In this document: one piece after another, positions 40,250 to 40,441 of the stretch
How the letters are laid out: each line of letters opens with the position of its first letter
How positions within the stretch are numbered: the first letter of the stretch is position 1
Virus record (IMG/VR): IMGVR_UViG_3300031731_000008
Coordinates: 1 to 40,441 of that record
Length of the DNA: 40,441 nt
Direction: 5' to 3' (one strand)
Source: a virus
The notes under the pieces: generated by a model
Databases searched by the model: none
The model's input: the letters and a program-made list of their open reading frames with translations, nothing else
What the model was told of the DNA's origin: nothing
Position numbers and translations under genes: made by a program

Positions 40250-40441
40250 GGGACGCCCCCCACAGGAGCATGCCCTCGACGTACTCGCCCGTGATGCCGG
40301 TGATGACGAGCGTCCCGGCGTTGAACGTCACGAGCGCGCCGTCGAGCGCACCGCCGTCCACGCTCTGCGAGATGACGCCCTCGGGCCAGAGGTAGTCGGG
40401 CACGCCCTCCACGCGCACGGCGCTGGGATCGGTGGAGCCCG
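40242..40441 (-). CDS. 3' end of the junction-spanning adaptor-like gene (same gene as 1..692)
   Basis: frame ..TLVITGITGEYVEGMLLWGASRG-TGA (stop 40244..40242); 40315..40441 duplicates 1..127. Confidence 0.6.
   Translation of the reverse strand, partial: GSTDPSAVRVEGVPDYLWPEGVISQSVDGGALDGALVTFNAGTLVITGITGEYVEGMLLWGASRG
40315..40441. repeat. terminal direct repeat copy 2
   Basis: identical to 1..127. Confidence 0.9.

Overview
GC-rich (about two-thirds G+C by eye) 40,441-nt window that is a complete siphovirus-type tailed-phage genome of about 40.3 kb, probably from a high-GC actinobacterial host (inference). Positions 1-127 recur exactly at 40315-40441, and an ORF reads straight through that junction. 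The contig is therefore a circular or circularly permuted assembly, not a genome with physical ends here. I call about 72 protein genes. I recognised no tRNA, CRISPR array, integrase, DNA polymerase, primase or helicase. One very long minus-strand unit starts at a promoter near 12650. It runs through an accessory block (DUF2786-like protein, lipoprotein-like protein, small Cys proteins), terS, six tiny coupled ORFs, terL, portal, MuF-like protein, scaffold and major capsid. It then crosses the junction and continues with connector/neck genes, major tail protein, G/G-T chaperones (GGGAAAA -1 slip), tape measure, Dit, Tal, fibres, an M15 endolysin and three membrane proteins. One of those membrane proteins carries 25 uninterrupted collagen GXY triplets. 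The unit ends at a bidirectional terminator (27114-27143). The remaining ~14.5 kb (12691-27077) is an early/DNA-metabolism region split into short units on both strands. It holds a ParB-like plus possible glycosyltransferase-like pair, two HNH nucleases, a short clamp-like protein, a YqaJ exonuclease with a Rad52-like annealase, an XRE HTH, a replication initiator-like protein, SSB and RusA. The strongest signal not explained by ordinary gene calls is a conserved 45-70-nt cassette heading essentially every early unit. It consists of a GTGCTAnnnTG box, a GC hairpin, an AAGGA Shine-Dalgarno held in the loop of a mini-hairpin with compensatory stem changes, then ATG. Other items worth a second look are two leaderless genes behind GGTAGACT boxes, a 340-nt structured non-coding island inside the head operon, the membrane-anchored collagen-like protein in the lysis cassette, and the ParB-like/unknown-enzyme pair. 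All functional calls rest on motif recognition by eye and on synteny. No database search was run.
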